DNA from: Balanoglossus misakiensis
Lineage: Eukaryota; Animalia; Hemichordata
Length of the DNA: 64,000 bases
Direction: 5' to 3'
NCBI GenBank assembly: GCA_040954595.2
Contig: CM082595.2
Location: 7,484,317 to 7,548,316 of the forward strand
Of this stretch, positions 1 through 24,192 are shown in pieces. The stretch's first letter is position 1. The number at the start of each line of letters is the position of its first letter. The position numbers were made by a program, and so were the translations under genes. Under the pieces are notes generated by a model. It ran no database searches. It had not been told where the DNA came from and saw nothing but the letters and a program-made list of their open reading frames with translations.

Positions 1-1
1 A

Positions 2-4790
<4,789 letters not shown>

Positions 4791-4927
4791 AAAAATTCAT
4801 CTGAATTCCCAGAGAATACTGTAAATGTTCCTGCTTGAAAAGCTGCTCACCCCTATGTTACTGGACAACCATGAGATATAGCACATTATTATACATCTGG
4901 CACTGAGAACAATAGAATTTAGCATGC

Positions 4928-4933
4928 AATAAA
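4928..4933 (+). promoter_or_regulatory. Putative polyadenylation signal of PCCB copy 1 (equivalents at 13887-13892 and 22716-22721)
   Basis: AATAAA about 140 nt after the stop codon, conserved in all three copies. Confidence 0.5.
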
Positions 4934-6160
4934 AAGCCATACGGAACTGTACGTACGGAACGCATGTTAAATAAGTCTTTAGTTTCGAGGCGCCCCAACT
5001 CACCGTGTACAGGTATGCGTTGTTATGCGGACGGTTTCAAGACACCCCTACTCCAATGCACGTAAACAAAAAAGAAAGATGGCTGCTCACTGAGTCAACT
5101 GAGCGGTTTTTGATCGATTGTATCGGCATTTTGAAAGCCAAGTAACATGCAACACAGGAACTAACGGAGATGTAAGATGTATAATAATAAGGTTATTACG
5201 AAAATACCGCAAAGTATGCACTCGGACATTAGCGCAGCGCATCGCCCTCCGCTACGCGTCAGGCGATACTCAGCGCTAATGTCCTCGTCTTCGGCTCGTC
5301 CATATGTCGCGAATTGTGCTATATCTCGTGATATACCCGCCCCTAGGCAGGGGTTATTGCCTTATTAATTCACGTTCAATGTTGAGAATTTATTTTCCAC
5401 AATCCGTTTGATTGTTGTAACACCGTGATCGGAATACAAAAGAGACTGTGTTTCGTTGGAATTAACAAATTTACCAAGGAAATTTTGTATTCAACATGAA
5501 ATGCAATAACTGCAGACAGTACAACCAGTTGAATTATGAAAAAATACTGCAGCCAACCAACTGCGTTGTTCTTACAACGCAGTTATCTGGGCGTGAACAG
5601 AATAACGGAAGGAAGTCCCGCCGCAAAGTTGCAATCGAGTCGCAAACATGTGACACTCAAAAATGTAAAAACTCACAGACTATACTTGTTAGGATTGTCT
5701 TGCCTTTCTTACAGGTAAATTATCCAGGGATTGGAACGAGATTTCTCTGTCAAAATTAAACTTGAATATGAGTTATTTTTTCATAAGAAAACAGCTCAGC
5801 AAGCTTACAGGTAAATTTTCTCGTTGAAATCAAACCAAACATTAGACCGGAGATATGGATACAATGTTGCAAGAGACTAAACCTCTCACGAAACCAAACA
5901 ATCCCACAATCCGAACTGAAACGTCACGAAAACGAGAGAAAACATGAGGGCAGCGTTGAGAGCACATTTTAAGTTGGCTGGTTTGGTATACGCCCAAGTT
6001 CAGTGGTTGAAAGTCGGCTACCGTCCGATAAAAGCTCCGTAAAGACAATTGTGTTTGTCTTCACCGCCAGAGGGTGCTGTGGTAAACAAATCGCTATGTC
6101 TCCTGTCTGTAAAAAAGTCGTGAACACACGCAGATCATAGTTTTCAGATACAACCATATT

Positions 6161-6570
6161 GAACACCTATTGCCTGGCCCTGAGGGCCATAGCGGCCGTT
6201 TATTACACCCGAGGGGCTGTGAGTTACCAGGGATTCTGGTAACTCACAGTCACGAGGGGGTAAAAACGGCTGCTATGGCCCGAATAATAGGCCAGGCTAT
6301 AGGTGTTTTATAATAAACCTCATGCTAACAGCTGAGAAAATCTTGCAAATTTCTCTTGAGGTTGGCAGACGACATCTTCAGCGGTGGCCATTGTGTCAGA
6401 CGACGCGACGCTGATTGACGTGACCCGAGTCTGTGACGTCACGTTGGTCACGTGACCGGTTTATATTTTTTCTGCTATTTCCCTAGCGGTTCATAGTCGA
6501 TTCTATTTTCCTATCACGTGACGGATTCTGGCGAATCACGACACAGTATTAGCATGATGTATATTATAAT
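6161..6570. mobile_element. Non-autonomous element with terminal palindrome and asymmetric IR (copies ~15138-15534 and ~24609-25019)
   Basis: Palindrome at 6162-6307. TATAATAAACCTCATGCTAA (6309-6328) pairs with TTAGCATGATGTATATTATA (6549-6568). A dispersed inverted copy at 38321-38507 shows it is an interspersed repeat. Confidence 0.7.
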
Positions 6571-6699
6571 TGTAGTTAAAATATGCAGTCTTCTTATCAA
6601 GGATTCGAATTGGCCGATTCTTTACAGAGCCACTTTCAAAATTGCAGTGCTATCTTACTCGAGTGAAAACATGACAACTCACGGAATCTCGGGCAGTTT

Positions 6700-6801
6700 T
6701 AGGCTGAAAGATTCAGCCGTGTGCGGCGCTCCGGCCCGGCGCACTGCCAAAGGGTCATAGGCACGGCGGAGCGCCCGCACACGATTGAATCATTCACTCT
6801 A
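6700..6801. mobile_element. Short palindromic MITE with TAG...CTA ends (AcademH-like); copies in each duplication unit
   Basis: Self-complementary arms and homology to 49087-49197. Degenerate ~10-bp flanking duplication (CGGGCAGTTT / TAGGCCGTTT). Confidence 0.55.
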
Positions 6802-6819
6802 TAGGCCGTTTATGTCAAC

Positions 6820-7025
6820 CACATTAGAAAATTTTGTAAAATAAAGGGTGCGAAACTGCAATTTTGTAGACTCAAAAGCAAAAGTTCGGTGGCAAAAGTA
6901 TGTGACCCCCCCCCCTAAATGTTTAAAAAAAAACAGATGACCCCCCTCCCCCTTGTGGACTTCAAAATTTAAGTGACCCCCCCCCCCTTGATTTTGCCCC
7001 CCAGCCGTAAAAACTGAACGGTCCC
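6820..7025 (-). mobile_element. Truncated Harbinger-like MITE end at the duplication junction (copy ~15784-15992)
   Basis: One terminus ...ACTGAACGGTCCC|TTA with internal poly-C runs. The other end is missing because the sequence starts at the junction. Confidence 0.4.
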
Positions 7026-7994
7026 TTAGAATAGCTCGGACCTGCAGCCCCGCCCTCTCCCCGCAAAAAACAAAAATCGTCCAGGGGAGATGGAGGGGCT
7101 GCAAAACTGCAGCAAGGTTTATACTAGAAGCTCTCTCTGAGTGTGTGATCTATGTGAAATCTTTAAACGTGACACGATGACAAAGTTGTGCAGTCAGCTG
7201 TCATGATCAGCTGTGGAGCGCCACTTACGGTCATATCACGTTTTCGTTTTCTTTTCTTTTTCGCGTACTTCAAAGCTTCATCGAAATCGACATTGCTTTC
7301 TCTCACTAATTATACAAGCATTCACAAAAGAAGTGGGGGAAATAGAACATGTAAATGGGTATAAAGGGTCAAAGCAATCATTTCCCTGTGTTCAGTAAAA
7401 CTATTATCCCTAATGTCACAATAGTTACATGTAGTCAGATTTATTGACAAAGTTTCAAGTTCTTTGGTTTTACATTTGCAAAGGATTTACTTCATTTTAA
7501 TGTTGTACTGCTTTGCCAATTGTTCAATCATATCTACTAATAGTAGACATAACGCTTGTTCAGAGGAATTTCCCTCTACCAGAGTTTTAAGCAAAATTTC
7601 AAGCTTCATGCACGTACTTGTATCAGAACATTGTTTATTGTTATATTAATTAAAGTTGTCTATTGTTGTATTCTATTGTTGCAATAAAGCTGGTGGTAGT
7701 GTAGCCGCACAATGTATGTATTGTTACATGGTTGGGGAGAAGAGAAAACTTCCTGTGTCATGTTACTGCATGTGTACAATTACTATTACATGTAGTCAAG
7801 TCACAGTCAATCACATTTGTTCGGTCAACTGGGGGTGAAGGCAGTGCGAGCAGGGTAGCCTGATCTTTCTGTTGAAATCATATCAGTAAGAGACAGGAAA
7901 AAGTAGAAAAAAGGCTGGTAGACAACAACACATATTTTGTTTCTATCATACCAGTACTTATCTACTTTCCCTGAATATATAGCTGTGATTCAAC

Positions 7995-13749
<5,755 letters not shown>

Positions 13750-16700
13750 AAAAATTCATCTGAATTCCCAGAGAATACTGTAAATGTTCCTGCTTGAAAA
13801 GCTGCTCACCCCTATTTTACTGGACAACCATGAGATATATCACATTATTATACATCTGGCACTGAGAACAATAGAATTTAGCGTGCAATAAAAAGCCATA
13901 CGGAACTGTACGTACGGAACGCATGTTAAATAAGTCTTTAGTTTCGAGGCGCCCCAACTCACCGTGTACAGGTATGCGTTGTTATGCGGACGGTTTCAAG
14001 ACACCCCTACTCCAATGCACGTAAACAAAAAAGAAAGATGGCTGCTCACTGAGTCAACTGAGCGGTTTTTGATCGATTGTATCGGCATTTTGAAAGCCAA
14101 GTAACATGCAACACAAGAACTAACGGAGATGTAAGATGTATAATAATAAGGTTATTACGAAAATACCGCAAAGTATGCACTCGGACATTAGCGCAGCGCA
14201 TCGCCCTCCGCTACGCGTCAGGCGATACTCAGCGCTAATGTCCTCGTCTTCGGCTCGTCCATATGTCGCGAATTGTGCTATATCTCGTGATATACCCGCC
14301 CCTAGGCAGGGGTTATTGCCTTATTAATTCACGTTCAATGTTGAGAATTTATTTTCCACAATCCGTTTGATTGTTGTAACACCGTGATCGGAATACAAAA
14401 GAGACTGTGTTTCGTTGGAATTAACAAATTTACCAAGGAAATTTTGTATTCAACATGAAATGCAATAACTGCAGACAGTACAACCAGTTGAATTATGAAA
14501 AAATACTGCAGCCAACCAACTGCGTTGTTCTTACACGTATTTATCTGGGCGTGAACAGAATAACCGAAGGAAGTCCCGCCGCAAAGTTGCAATCGAGTCG
14601 CAAACATGTGACACTCAAAAATGTAAAAACTCACAGACTATACTTGTTAGGATTGTCTTGCCTTTCTTACAGGTAAATTATCCAGGGATTGGAACGAGAT
14701 TTCTCTGTCAATATTAAACTTGAATATGAGTTATTTTTTCATAGGAAAACAGCACAGCAAGCTTATTTAAGACAATACAGGTACATTTTCTCGTTGAAAT
14801 CAAACCGAACATTAGACCGGAGATAAGGATACAATGTTGCAAGAGACTAAAACTCTCACGAAACCAAACAATCCCACAATCCGAACTGAAACGTCACGAC
14901 CACTGAAAACGAGAGAAAACATGAGGGCAGCGTTGAGAGCACATTTTAAGTTGGCTGGTTTGGTATACGCCCAAGTTCAATGGTTGAAAGTCGGCTACCG
15001 TCCGATAAAAGCTCCGTAAAGACAATTGTGTTAGTCTTCACCGCCAGAGGGTGCTGTGGTCAACAAATCGCTATGTCTCCTGTCTGTAAAAAAGTCGTGA
15101 ACACACGCAGATCATAGTTTTCAGATACAACCATATTGAACACCTATTGCCTGGCCCTGAGGGCCATAGCGGCCGTTTATTACACCCGAGGGGCTGTGAG
15201 TTACCAGGGATTCTGGTAACTCACAGTCACGAGGGGGTAAAAACGGCTGCTATGGCCCGAATAATAGGCCAGGCTATAGGTGTTTTATAATAAACCTCAT
15301 GCTAACAGCTGAGAAAATCTTGCAATTTTCTCTTGAGGTTGGCAGACGACATCTTCAGCGGTGGCCATTGTGTCAGACGACGCGACGCTGATTGACGTGA
15401 CCACGTTGGTCACGTGACCGGTTTATATTTTTTCTGCTATTTCCCTAGAGGGATTCATAGTCGATTCTATTTTCCTATCACGTGACGGATTCTGGCGAAT
15501 CACGACACAGTATTAGCATGATGTATATTATAATTGTAGTTAAAATATGCAGTCTTCTTATCAAGGATTCGAATTGGCCGATTCTTTACAGAGCCACTTT
15601 CAAAATTGCAGTGCTATCTTACTCGAGTGAAAACATGACAACTCATGGAATCTCGGGCAGTTGTAGGCTGAAAGATTCAGCCGTGTGCGGCGCTCCGGCC
15701 CGGCGCACTGCCAAAGGGTCATAGGCACGGTGGAGCGCCCGCACACGATTGAATCATTCACTCTATAGGCCGTTTATGTCAACCACATTAGAAAATTTTG
15801 TAAAAGAAAGGGTGCGAAACTGCAATTTTGTAGACTCAAAAGCAAAAGTTCGGTGGCAAAAGTATGTGACCCCCCCCCCCCTAAATGTTTAAAAAAAACA
15901 GATGACCCCCCCAACCCCTTGTGGACTTCAAAATTTAAGTGACCCCCCCCCCCCTTGATTTTGCCCCCCAGCCGTAAAAACTGAACGGTCCCTTAGAATA
16001 GCTCGGACCTGCAGCCCCGCCCTCTCCCCGCAAAAAACAAAAATCGTCCAGGGGAGATGGAGGGGCTGCAAAACTGCAGCAAGGTTTATACTAGAAGCTC
16101 TCTCTGAGTGTGTGATCTATGTGAAATCTTTAAACGTGACACGATGACAAAGTTGTGCAGTCAGCTGTCATGATCAGCTGTGGAGCGCCACTTACGGTCA
16201 TATCACGTTTTCGTTTTCTTTTCTTTTTCGCGTACTTCAAAGCTTCATCGAAATCGACATTGCTTTCTCTCACTAATTATACAAGCATTCACAAAAGAAG
16301 TGGGGGAAATAGAACATGTAAATGGGTATAAAGGGTCAAAGCAATCATTTCCCTGTGTTCAGTAAAACTATTATCCCTAATGTCACAATAGTTACATGTA
16401 GTCAGATTTATTGACAAAGTTTCAAGTTCTTTGGTTTTACATTTGCAAAGGATTTACTTCATTTTAATGTTGTACTGCTTTGCCAATTGTTCAATCATAT
16501 CTACTAATAGTAGACATAACGCTTGTTGTATTTTATTGTTGCAATAAAGCTGGTGGTAGTGTAGCCGCACAATGTATGTATTGTTACATGGTTGGGGAGA
16601 AGAGAAAACTTCCTGTGTCATGTTACTGCATGTGTACAATTACTATTACGGTACATGTAGTCAAGTCACAGTCAATCACATTTGTTCGGTCAACTGGGGG

Positions 16701-16859
16701 TGAAGGCAGTGCGAGCAGGGTAGCCTGATCTTTCTGTTGAAATCATATCAGTAAGAGACAGGAAAAAGTAGAAAAAAGGCTGGTAGACAACAACACATAT
16801 TTTGTTTCTATCATACCAGTACTTATCTACTTTCCCTGAATATATAGCTGTGATTCAAC

Positions 16860-19800
16860 ATGGCTCTAACAAGGTTTGGTGGTCAGCTTATGCGTAAGCG
16901 CATTTGTGCGATCGTAACCAACGATGTCCGTTACTGTACCGCCGCAGTTATGGCTAAAGTGCGCGCAACTCTAAACAGTAAACGACAAGAAGCATTGCTT
17001 GGCGGCGGGCAGAAAAGGATAGATACCCAACACAAAAAAGTAAGTAATATATTTCATATTTTAGTTTAGTACACAACATGCACTAGCTATAGAGGGTACT
17101 GTAAGGTACAGTAAATTCCTTTGAAAAATTGTAACTAACACATTCCGAACTAATTTCGGAATTTCCAGACAATTTTCGGAATTCCTTTTAAATTTTAGAA
17201 ATTTTTCATCAGATATAAGTGTTACTATTTATTGGACATATTTTTATCATTGCTTGCTTTTTAAGGTCATTCTCATCCCCCAAAAGCCGCTTTAGGCTTC
17301 ATGTTCAGTAAAAAATTCAGCTGAATTTTCCAGGGATCACACAAATCAGTAAAAAATTCAGCTGAATTTTTTGATGAACATAGTCTTTCAGTAAAAAGTC
17401 AGCTGAATTTTTCACTGATTTGCGTGATCCTTGGAAAGTTCAGCTGAATTTTACACTGATCACACATTTTTGGGAACATTTTCAGCTGATTTTTCATTCA
17501 CTGACATTATCTGTGAAAAAGTCAGCTGAATTTTTCAGTTTTTTGTGTGATCCCTGGAAATTAGTTCAGCTGAATTTTACACTGATCACACATTTTTGGG
17601 AAAATTTTCAGCTGATTTTTCATTCACTGACATTATCTGTGAAAAAGTCAGCTGAATTTTTCACTGATTTGTGTGATCCCTGGAAATTAGTTCAGCTGAA
17701 TTTTACACTGATCACACATTTTTAGGAAAATTTTCAGCTGATTTTTCATTCACTGACATTATCTGTGAAAAAGTCAGCTGAGTTTTTCACTGATTTGTGT
17801 GATCCCTGGAAAGTTCAGCTGAATTTTACACTGATCACACATTTTTGGGAAGGTCTGGCGCAAAATAAAGGATGACAAATGTAAATCTAATGTCACATTT
17901 GTAAACCTCTAAGTATTGTACACTCATTCTATTAAGTACCGGTATATGCAAATAGAACGGATAATTTTTTCGGAATGTGAAATTCCGAAATTAGTTCGCA
18001 ATGTGTTAACTGTAATTACAAAAGGAGGTTGAATAGTAGTGACTTTAAGGAAAACGAGCAATGGTAATGTATTACTATTATTTTATTAATTTATACTTAT
18101 TGACAGATTTTCTGTGATAATTTTTCAGGGCAAACTGACAGCTCGTGAACGCATCAATCTTTTGTTGGATCCAAAAACATTTGTAGAGTATGACATGTTT
18201 GCAGAACACAATTGTTCTGATTTTGGGATGGAAAACAAAAAGGTAAGTGGAAGAGTCATGAATGTGTATTTTAAATATCTTCAAAAGAAATGATAGATTT
18301 CATTAAAATCATCGCCGCTTTTAAATTCACATTTTTGTTGAACTTAATTTAGATTGCAGGTGATGGTGTTGTCACAGGATATGGTTACATCAGTGGCCGT
18401 CTGACATATGTCTTCAGTCAGGTAATTATCACCTGTTTTGAAAGATCACTTTCTGAACTCCAGGTGAACCTGAGAGATGTTATGTAGCTGTGCATCTAAC
18501 AAGTAATACATATTTGAATTTTCCATCATGATGTCTGTTTCTCAATGAAGGACTTCACAGTGTTTGGTGGAAGTTTGTCCAGTGCTCATGCCAGGAAGAT
18601 ATGCAAAGTGATGGATCAAGCCATGATGGTGGGTGCACCAGTCATTGGTCTGAATGATTCCGGCGGAGGTAGAATCCAAGAAGGAGTCGACTCATTGGCT
18701 GGTTATGCTGATATATTCCAGGTATGTTAGCTACATTGCGATTGGTTAGATAACCCATAAATACTGAATAACTGAACCAGAAACAAAAAAATATGTTTTA
18801 AAGATGCTGTCCTCTTTCCTATTATTTACAATTTAGTTATTTTTCATCCTCTGAAGTTGAAAATAAGATACTAACTAGTAGTATTGTACTGTTTGATTTT
18901 CAGCGTAATGTGATGGCATCAGGCGTAATTCCTCAGATTTCACTCATCATGGGTCCATGTGCAGGTCAGTAGTCTGTAATGGGGACGTGAATAGTGTTTA
19001 AGGATCTTTTAGAATAATAAAACTGCAACAGAATAGACTTAAGTAAAGTTGCCCAACAGACAGCTTTTATCGTGGAGAAAATTAATATACCGTATACGAC
19101 TAACACAAAACAAACATCTAGATCACATTTACTTAGTTGAATCTTAAATGTAGAATTCTGATCTGTGTGTAGAATTGAAATTGGGTGTGTTATGTTCATA
19201 TAGCACATTATAGATATGTAATGCACAAATATAAAATGTTCATCTACTGATTGACAATTTTACATTTATAGGTGGCGCTGTGTATTCACCTGCACTGACT
19301 GATTTTACATTCATGGTTAAGGTGAGACTTCAACAAATATTCTGCAGCCAGATTCTGTCCTTTGAGTAAATCAAATAGATTTGTTGACACTTTCAGCATG
19401 ACGATGTAAAGTGTGTACTACAGGTACCACAAAATACACAACTGATAATGTATACATTGTTAATTAAGATATTTATTTTCTTACAGAATACATCACATCA
19501 ATTCCTCACTGGACCAGATGTTGTCAAGGTATCTTATATTTTATCTTAATGAAAAGCTTGCAAATTATGTTCATATCAGTCTTGATCATTTTCTTTCAAA
19601 AATGCAACCCAATTGTGTTTCAGTCAGTAATAAATGAAGATGTGACACAAGAACAACTTGGTGGCTACAAGACACACACCTCTGTCACAGGTAATATCTA
19701 GTGTGTGAACTGCTATTCCAATCCTAACAAGTAATACTGCAGTATAATTCTCTACATGAATTGCCATTCGAGAAGTAAGCAGTTTCCTCAACCATTCAAG

Positions 19801-22578
19801 TAACTGACAATCATTTTATATGCATGTGCATAATTTTGTATGTACAAACATTAGGTCAGTTGAAAATTTTTTGTAACCAGAGTCTCTGGTTTTTGACATT
19901 CACGTAAGACGATCGTCGCCCTTTAATGTACACATTTATTCTCTTCCTCAATTTGAAATTGTTGGTGACAACACCTGAGTTTGTTCTGAGTGATAGACTG
20001 ACGAGTGGTGATGTGATATTGACTGAATTACAGGTGTTGCTCATTGCGCCTTCGAGAATGACGTCCAAGCTCTGTTACAACTGAGGAAGTTCATCAATTT
20101 TCTGCCATCATCCAATCAAGATCCATCACCTGTCAGAGTCTGTGAAGATCCTCGGTATGTTGTCTCACTGAATTTAGCCTTCCACATCCCCCCAACCCCT
20201 CCCACTTCTATCCTCTGTTTCCAAAGCAAAAAGAGGCTGCATCACCATATTAACTGTAATCTGCAACACTAAGACTTTCATTCAAGACCTAGCTACCATG
20301 CTGCTAAAACGATCCACATGATCGATGCTTACAGAAGTAAATAATTAATTGTTTTCTTCAATTTTTAGGGACCGTATGGTACCAGCTCTAGACACACTAG
20401 TACCACATGCATCCAACAAACCCTATGATATGAAAGAAGTCATCCAGGCTGTAAGTAGAACTCTCTCTCTCCATTCTCCAAACATCAAACTGCATTTTAT
20501 GAGTTTGATATTGAAGAGATATGAGTCATAGACCCTAGAGTCTACAGTTGTATGTTGAAAATGACAAAAATGTTGCACCACAAAATATGGCATTCCAAGG
20601 GTTTATTTAGTTGTGGATATACTTGTTTATTTCAGATTGTAGATGATAAGGACTTCTTTGAAGTCATGCCAGCCTACGCTAAGAACATCATCATTGGTTT
20701 TGGAAGATTAAATGGCAGAAGTGTGGGAGTGGTTGCAAATCAACCCAAAGTGGCATCAGGTAAAAAAACATGGCAGTTAGTTTAAGAAAAATCATCATTT
20801 TCTTAACTTGCTGTACAATTTGGATGTTGAACCCGAAATAACAGATGACACATAAAAATACTTCTAAAGTTCAGCTACTGGAGAATTTATATCTTGTATC
20901 TCATTTTTGTCATCACAGGTGGTTTGGATATCAATGCATCAGTGAAAGGAGCTCGCTTTGTTCGTTTCTGTGATGCCTTCAATATTCCTATCATCACATT
21001 TGTGGATGTTCCAGGATTCTCGCCAGGTAAATTCATGAGAATATCTTCACCGATTTATTCAACTGTTGTTCAGATCTGTGTTTGACCTATTGTTTTTCAT
21101 TACCTAACACATCCTGTGCAAGTATAACACAGTGTGACAATTGTTTTATTTAATTTCAATCAGTTTGTGCCAGCATAAATTTTAGGCCATTGTCCGGACA
21201 ATACATTGTCTTCTTCCTGTTCTCTTTTGTGCTATTGAAATGTTGTACTTATAATCTCTGACTATAATTTGTTTCCAACATGTTGTACATTGTCATTAGG
21301 GTTTCGAGACCAGAGGGGTCTCGAAACCCTCTTGAAATCGTGTTGTTTTTTATTATTATTCTTCCCACTCTTAAAAACAGCTGCTATTCGAAGACCGTTG
21401 CACCCAATGACTTGAAATTTGGCTCATAGGTAAAACTCAAAGCAAGTAATTTTGTATTCTTTGCAACCAGGAACCCACCAGGAATATGGAGGCATTATTC
21501 GACATGGTGCCAAGTTACTTTATGCCTATTCTGAAGCGACCGTTCCCAGGATTACAGTCATCACCAGAAAGGTCCGTTTTTCTTTTATTTTGTGTTCAGT
21601 TTGAACATTCCAGAAGTTCTAAAGGGTCATTCCATGCATGACCCCTTTGTGACCTTTACATCCTGGCATTTTCATTTGCATGAGTCGCCATTTTAATACC
21701 AAAGTCAATCCCTATTCAGCTTGTGCATTTAATTTTTACTGAAAATTGTCTTATAAAAAAGAATTTGTTTTCTGTTCTAAAACCTCTATGTTTGCCTACA
21801 ATCAACCTGTTGTGAATGCAATCAAAATGTGACAATCATCTTCTGGTATCTTCCATGAAGGCCTATGGTGGAGGCTATGCTGTGATGGGTTCCAAACATC
21901 TTGGTGGAGATATCAACTATGCATGGCCCACAGCAGAAGTTGCTGTGATGGGCGCCAAGGGTGCCGTCAAAATTATCTTCAGAGGACAGAAAGCTGAAGA
22001 AGCCGAAAGTGAATACATTGATAAATTTGCAAATCCATTCTCTGCTGCTGTAAGAGGTAAGATTGTACAAACATGTACTTAGACAATAACTACATATAAA
22101 TCTATAATTTCTAAAGTATAAACAATTATAACTGGAATAGTGAAAGCTCAACTGTTTTCTGTGCTATGATTGGTCGAATCATTGTCACATGAGGTGCATC
22201 GACATTTTTGCAATACACATTATTGGTTAATAATCTTCAGAACTATAATTGCCTGTGTGAGGAACAGTTGTTACCTCAAAGTTATCTTATTGTATTGTTA
22301 GCAAGACTTACTGTAACATAATGAGATGTTGTTTATGTGCATGACGTCATCCATAATGTGCAGTACACTTAGTGTATAAAGTGTGTTCTCTCCGACATCA
22401 CTGAGTAGATTGAATATCACGCTTACAAGGACTTTTTTTGGCATTTCCATTTTCAGGATATGTGGACGACATCATCGAACCACAAACCACCAGGATGAGA
22501 CTGTGCCGTGACCTGGATCTGTTGGCCACCAAGAAAATGCAAATTCCTTGGAAGAAGCATGGAAATATCCCATTGTAA
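16860..22578 (+). CDS. PCCB: PCCB-like acyl-CoA carboxylase beta subunit, copy 3 (complete, 15 coding exons, 535 aa)
   Basis: Exons 16860-17039, 18129-18242, 18353-18421, 18551-18721, 18904-18964, 19272-19321, 19487-19528, 19624-19690, 20034-20154, 20369-20450, 20636-20759, 20919-21026, 21471-21571, 21861-22056, 22457-22578 have the same lengths as copy 2 and an open frame. Exon 4 ends in the canonical [10 protein letters not shown]. Confidence 0.92.
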
Positions 22579-22977
22579 AAAAATTCATCTGAATTCCCAG
22601 AGAATACTGTAAATGTTCCTGCTTGAAAAGCTGCTCACCCCTATTTTACTGGACAACCATGAGATATAGCACATTATTATACATCTGGCACTGAGAACAA
22701 TAGAATTTAGCGTGCAATAAAAAGCCATATGGAACTGTACGTACGGAACGCATGTTAAATAAGTCTTGAGTTTCAAGGCGCCCCAACTCACCGTGTACAG
22801 GTATGCGTTGTTATGCGGACGGTTTCAAGACATCCCTACTCCAATGCACGTAAACAAAAAAGAAAGATGGCTGCTCACTGAGTCAACTGAGCGGTTTTCG
22901 ATCGATTGTATTGGCATTTTGAAAGCCAAGTAACATGCAACACAAGAACTAACGGAGATGTAAGATGTATAATAATA

Positions 22978-23106
22978 AGGTTATTACGAAAATACCGCAA
23001 AGTATGCACTCGGACATTAGCACAGCGCATCGCCCTCCGCTGCGCGTCGGGCGATACTCGGCGCTAATGTCCTCGTGCATACTTTGCGGTATTTTCGTAA
23101 TAACCT
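22978..23106. mobile_element. ~130-bp palindrome from a hairpin-type non-autonomous element (right arm deleted in units 1 and 2)
   Basis: AGGTTATTACGAAAATACCGCAAAGTATGCAC...GTGCATACTTTGCGGTATTTTCGTAATAACCT. Confidence 0.65.
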
Positions 23107-23591
23107 CATAATACACTCCATATAAGCACTCGTCTGCGGCTCATCCATATGTCGTGAATTGTGCTAAATCTCGTGATATACCTGCCCCTAGGCAGAGGTT
23201 ATTGCCTTCTTAATTCACGTTTGATTGTTTGTAACACCGTGATCGGAATACAAAAGAGACTGTTTCGTAGAAATTAACAAATTTACCAAGGAAATTTTGT
23301 ATTCAACATGAAATACAATAACTGCAGACAGTACAACCAGTTGAATTATGAAAAAATACTGCAGCCAACCAACTGCATTGTTCTTACATGTATTTATCTG
23401 GGCGTGAACAGAATAACGGAAGGAAGTCCCGCCGCAAAGTTGCAATCGAGTCGCAAACATGTGACACTCAAAAATGCAAAAACTCACAGACTATACTTGT
23501 TAGGATTGTCTTGCCTTTCTTACAGGTCAATTATCCAGGGATTGGAACAAGATTTCTCTGTCAATATTAAACTTGAATATGAGTTATTTTT

Positions 23592-24192
23592 AGGTCCCAT
23601 TGGTATGTACCATGGGACCTTATGGGATCGGTTGTGTCTGTATGTATGGATGTATGTATTGATGTATGTATGGATGGATGTATGTCTGTATGTCCGTCCA
23701 TATCAAAAACTTGAAAACCGCTGCGTGTATCACCTTGATATTTGGTGTGCAGATGCAGGCTGGGCTGTAGATGGGAGTTTGTTCAAATGAAGTTGTCATT
23801 GTCAAAAATATGCAAATTAGCTGGAAAAATGTGAATTTGGTCAAAACTCAGTAACTCAAGAACTACTGGTTAGATTGCTTTGCAAAGTGGTGTGTATTTA
23901 CTTAATTGAGTTGTTTAAATTAGGCAGGAAACCCCTGTTGTTTTGTATATACACAGCAAATTCCTGAATGATTACATAACTGGCTAAGTTTTAAAGAGGC
24001 CAGCTGTTCTATTCAGTGTATGTACAGTATATATGCCATTGGCAGCTTATGGGTCAGTCAGTGCTTGCCCATTGATCTCTCGCTATGTGTGTTTCTGTCT
24101 GTCTGTCTGTCTGTATACAGTATGGCCATGTACTCAGGTGTCGACTTTTTCTTGTATAATCCCTCAATGGGACCACTGTGTCCTTGACGCGA
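23592..24192 (+). mobile_element. HINE/DINE-1-like non-autonomous Helentron element, unit 3 only
   Basis: Inserted in a T-run, with an empty site in units 1 and 2. 5' IR AGGTCCCAT...ATGGGACCT, (TATG)n microsatellite, 3' ATGGGACC plus small stem-loop GTGTC-CTT-GACGC, then a T-run. Second copy at 57604-58198. Confidence 0.85.

Noticed and set aside
23308-23790. 160-aa ORF (and related 57479-57832)
   Set aside because: Runs through the HINE and its (TATG)n microsatellite, and is not intact in units 1 and 2.
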